64,000 nt of DNA from Candidatus Woesearchaeota archaeon (lineage in GTDB: Archaea > Nanobdellota > Nanobdellia > SCGC-AAA011-G17 > PNOQ01). Shown here piece after piece: positions 63,803-64,000 of this stretch. The position numbers and the translations under genes were made by a program. The stretch spans positions 9,563-73,562 of the forward strand of contig JABIBT010000001.1 of assembly GCA_018652625.1 (NCBI GenBank). Direction: 5' to 3'. How positions within the stretch are numbered: the first letter of the stretch is position 1; every line of letters starts with the position of its first letter. The notes under the pieces are model-generated. The model made no database searches, was not told the DNA's origin, and worked only from the letters and a program-made list of their open reading frames with translations.

Positions 63803-64000
63803 TTAGGAATAGATTCCATGTTCAATTCTTCCTAACACTTCTTCAACCTCTCGACCCCTTCCGTCTTTACAATAATCATATGGTCTATCATAATCCAAAG
63901 CAGGCAATTTAGAATAAAACCAATTCCTAACCACCAAACCACTATTAAAAACTTCCAACATTCTACCCATTAAAAAATCCCCGGCAAGAGTATGCATTTC
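63803..64000 (-). CDS. Xre/MbcA/ParS-type antitoxin C-terminal (DUF2384-like) domain protein; N-terminus probably beyond the window
   Basis: The C-terminal pattern W....LPALDYDRP.DY...GRG.EV...LGRIEHGIY resembles DUF2384. The reading frame is still open at position 64000. Confidence 0.5.
   Translation of the reverse strand, partial: EMHTLAGDFLMGRMLEVFNSGLVVRNWFYSKLPALDYDRPYDYCKDGRGREVEEVLGRIEHGIYS

Noticed and set aside
1-64000. CRISPR arrays, IS elements, transposases, integrases, reverse transcriptases, rRNA, RNase P RNA and SRP RNA
   Set aside because: Scanning every intergenic region longer than 60 nt and the ORF list showed no regularly spaced repeats, no recombinase or RT motifs, and no extended GC-rich structured segments other than the four tRNAs.

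Overview
AT-rich (about 30% GC by eye, not computed), gene-dense archaeal chromosome segment, mostly minus-strand. The content fits a small-genome DPANN-type archaeon, which is an inference from gene content. All calls come from reading the supplied translations and the DNA by eye. No similarity search or folding program was run.

Core blocks:
- RNA polymerase operon rpoH-B''-B'-A'-A''-L30e-NusA-S12-S7 (32916 down to 23957).
- EF-2, EF-1alpha and S10 (21403 down to 14016). The three genes are separated from each other by unrecognisable ORFs.
- Exosome/proteasome/RNase P superoperon: Fap7-like kinase, Rpp30, Pop5, PsmA, SBDS, Rrp4, Rrp41, Rrp42, RpoK (56643 down to 50917).
- S2, patatin and enolase; Mre11-Rad50; RNase J; CorA.

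Metabolism:
- Two-subunit 2-oxoacid:ferredoxin oxidoreductase, translationally coupled to a 278-aa protein that keeps the [FeFe]-hydrogenase H-cluster cysteine motifs. A 59-codon ferredoxin missing from the ORF track lies nearby.
- AMP-forming acetyl-CoA synthetase.
- A strong nucleotide-scavenging theme: secreted SNase-type nuclease, SemiSWEET, deoxyribosyltransferase-like protein, deoxynucleoside kinase, PRTase, UMP kinase, kinase-dCMP deaminase fusion, ThyX and Tmk.

RNA genes: four tRNAs, Ser-GGA, Lys-UUU, Asp-GUC and Tyr-GUA. tRNA-Lys carries a 31-nt intron in the T-loop with a hand-foldable strict bulge-helix-bulge. tRNA-Tyr carries a roughly 52-nt intron at or next to the canonical position.

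Other observations:
- An 85-codon remnant of diphthamide synthase Dph2, although EF-2 keeps the target histidine.
- Two single-ORF segments bracketed by direct repeats that copy the 3' end of the upstream gene.
- A RelE/RHH toxin-antitoxin pair with a tandem operator-like repeat.
- A cold-shock protein with an acidic repeat tail and a structured leader.
- A lysine-tail protein inserted into the RNase P/exosome operon.

I recognised no rRNA, CRISPR array, transposase, integrase or reverse transcriptase.
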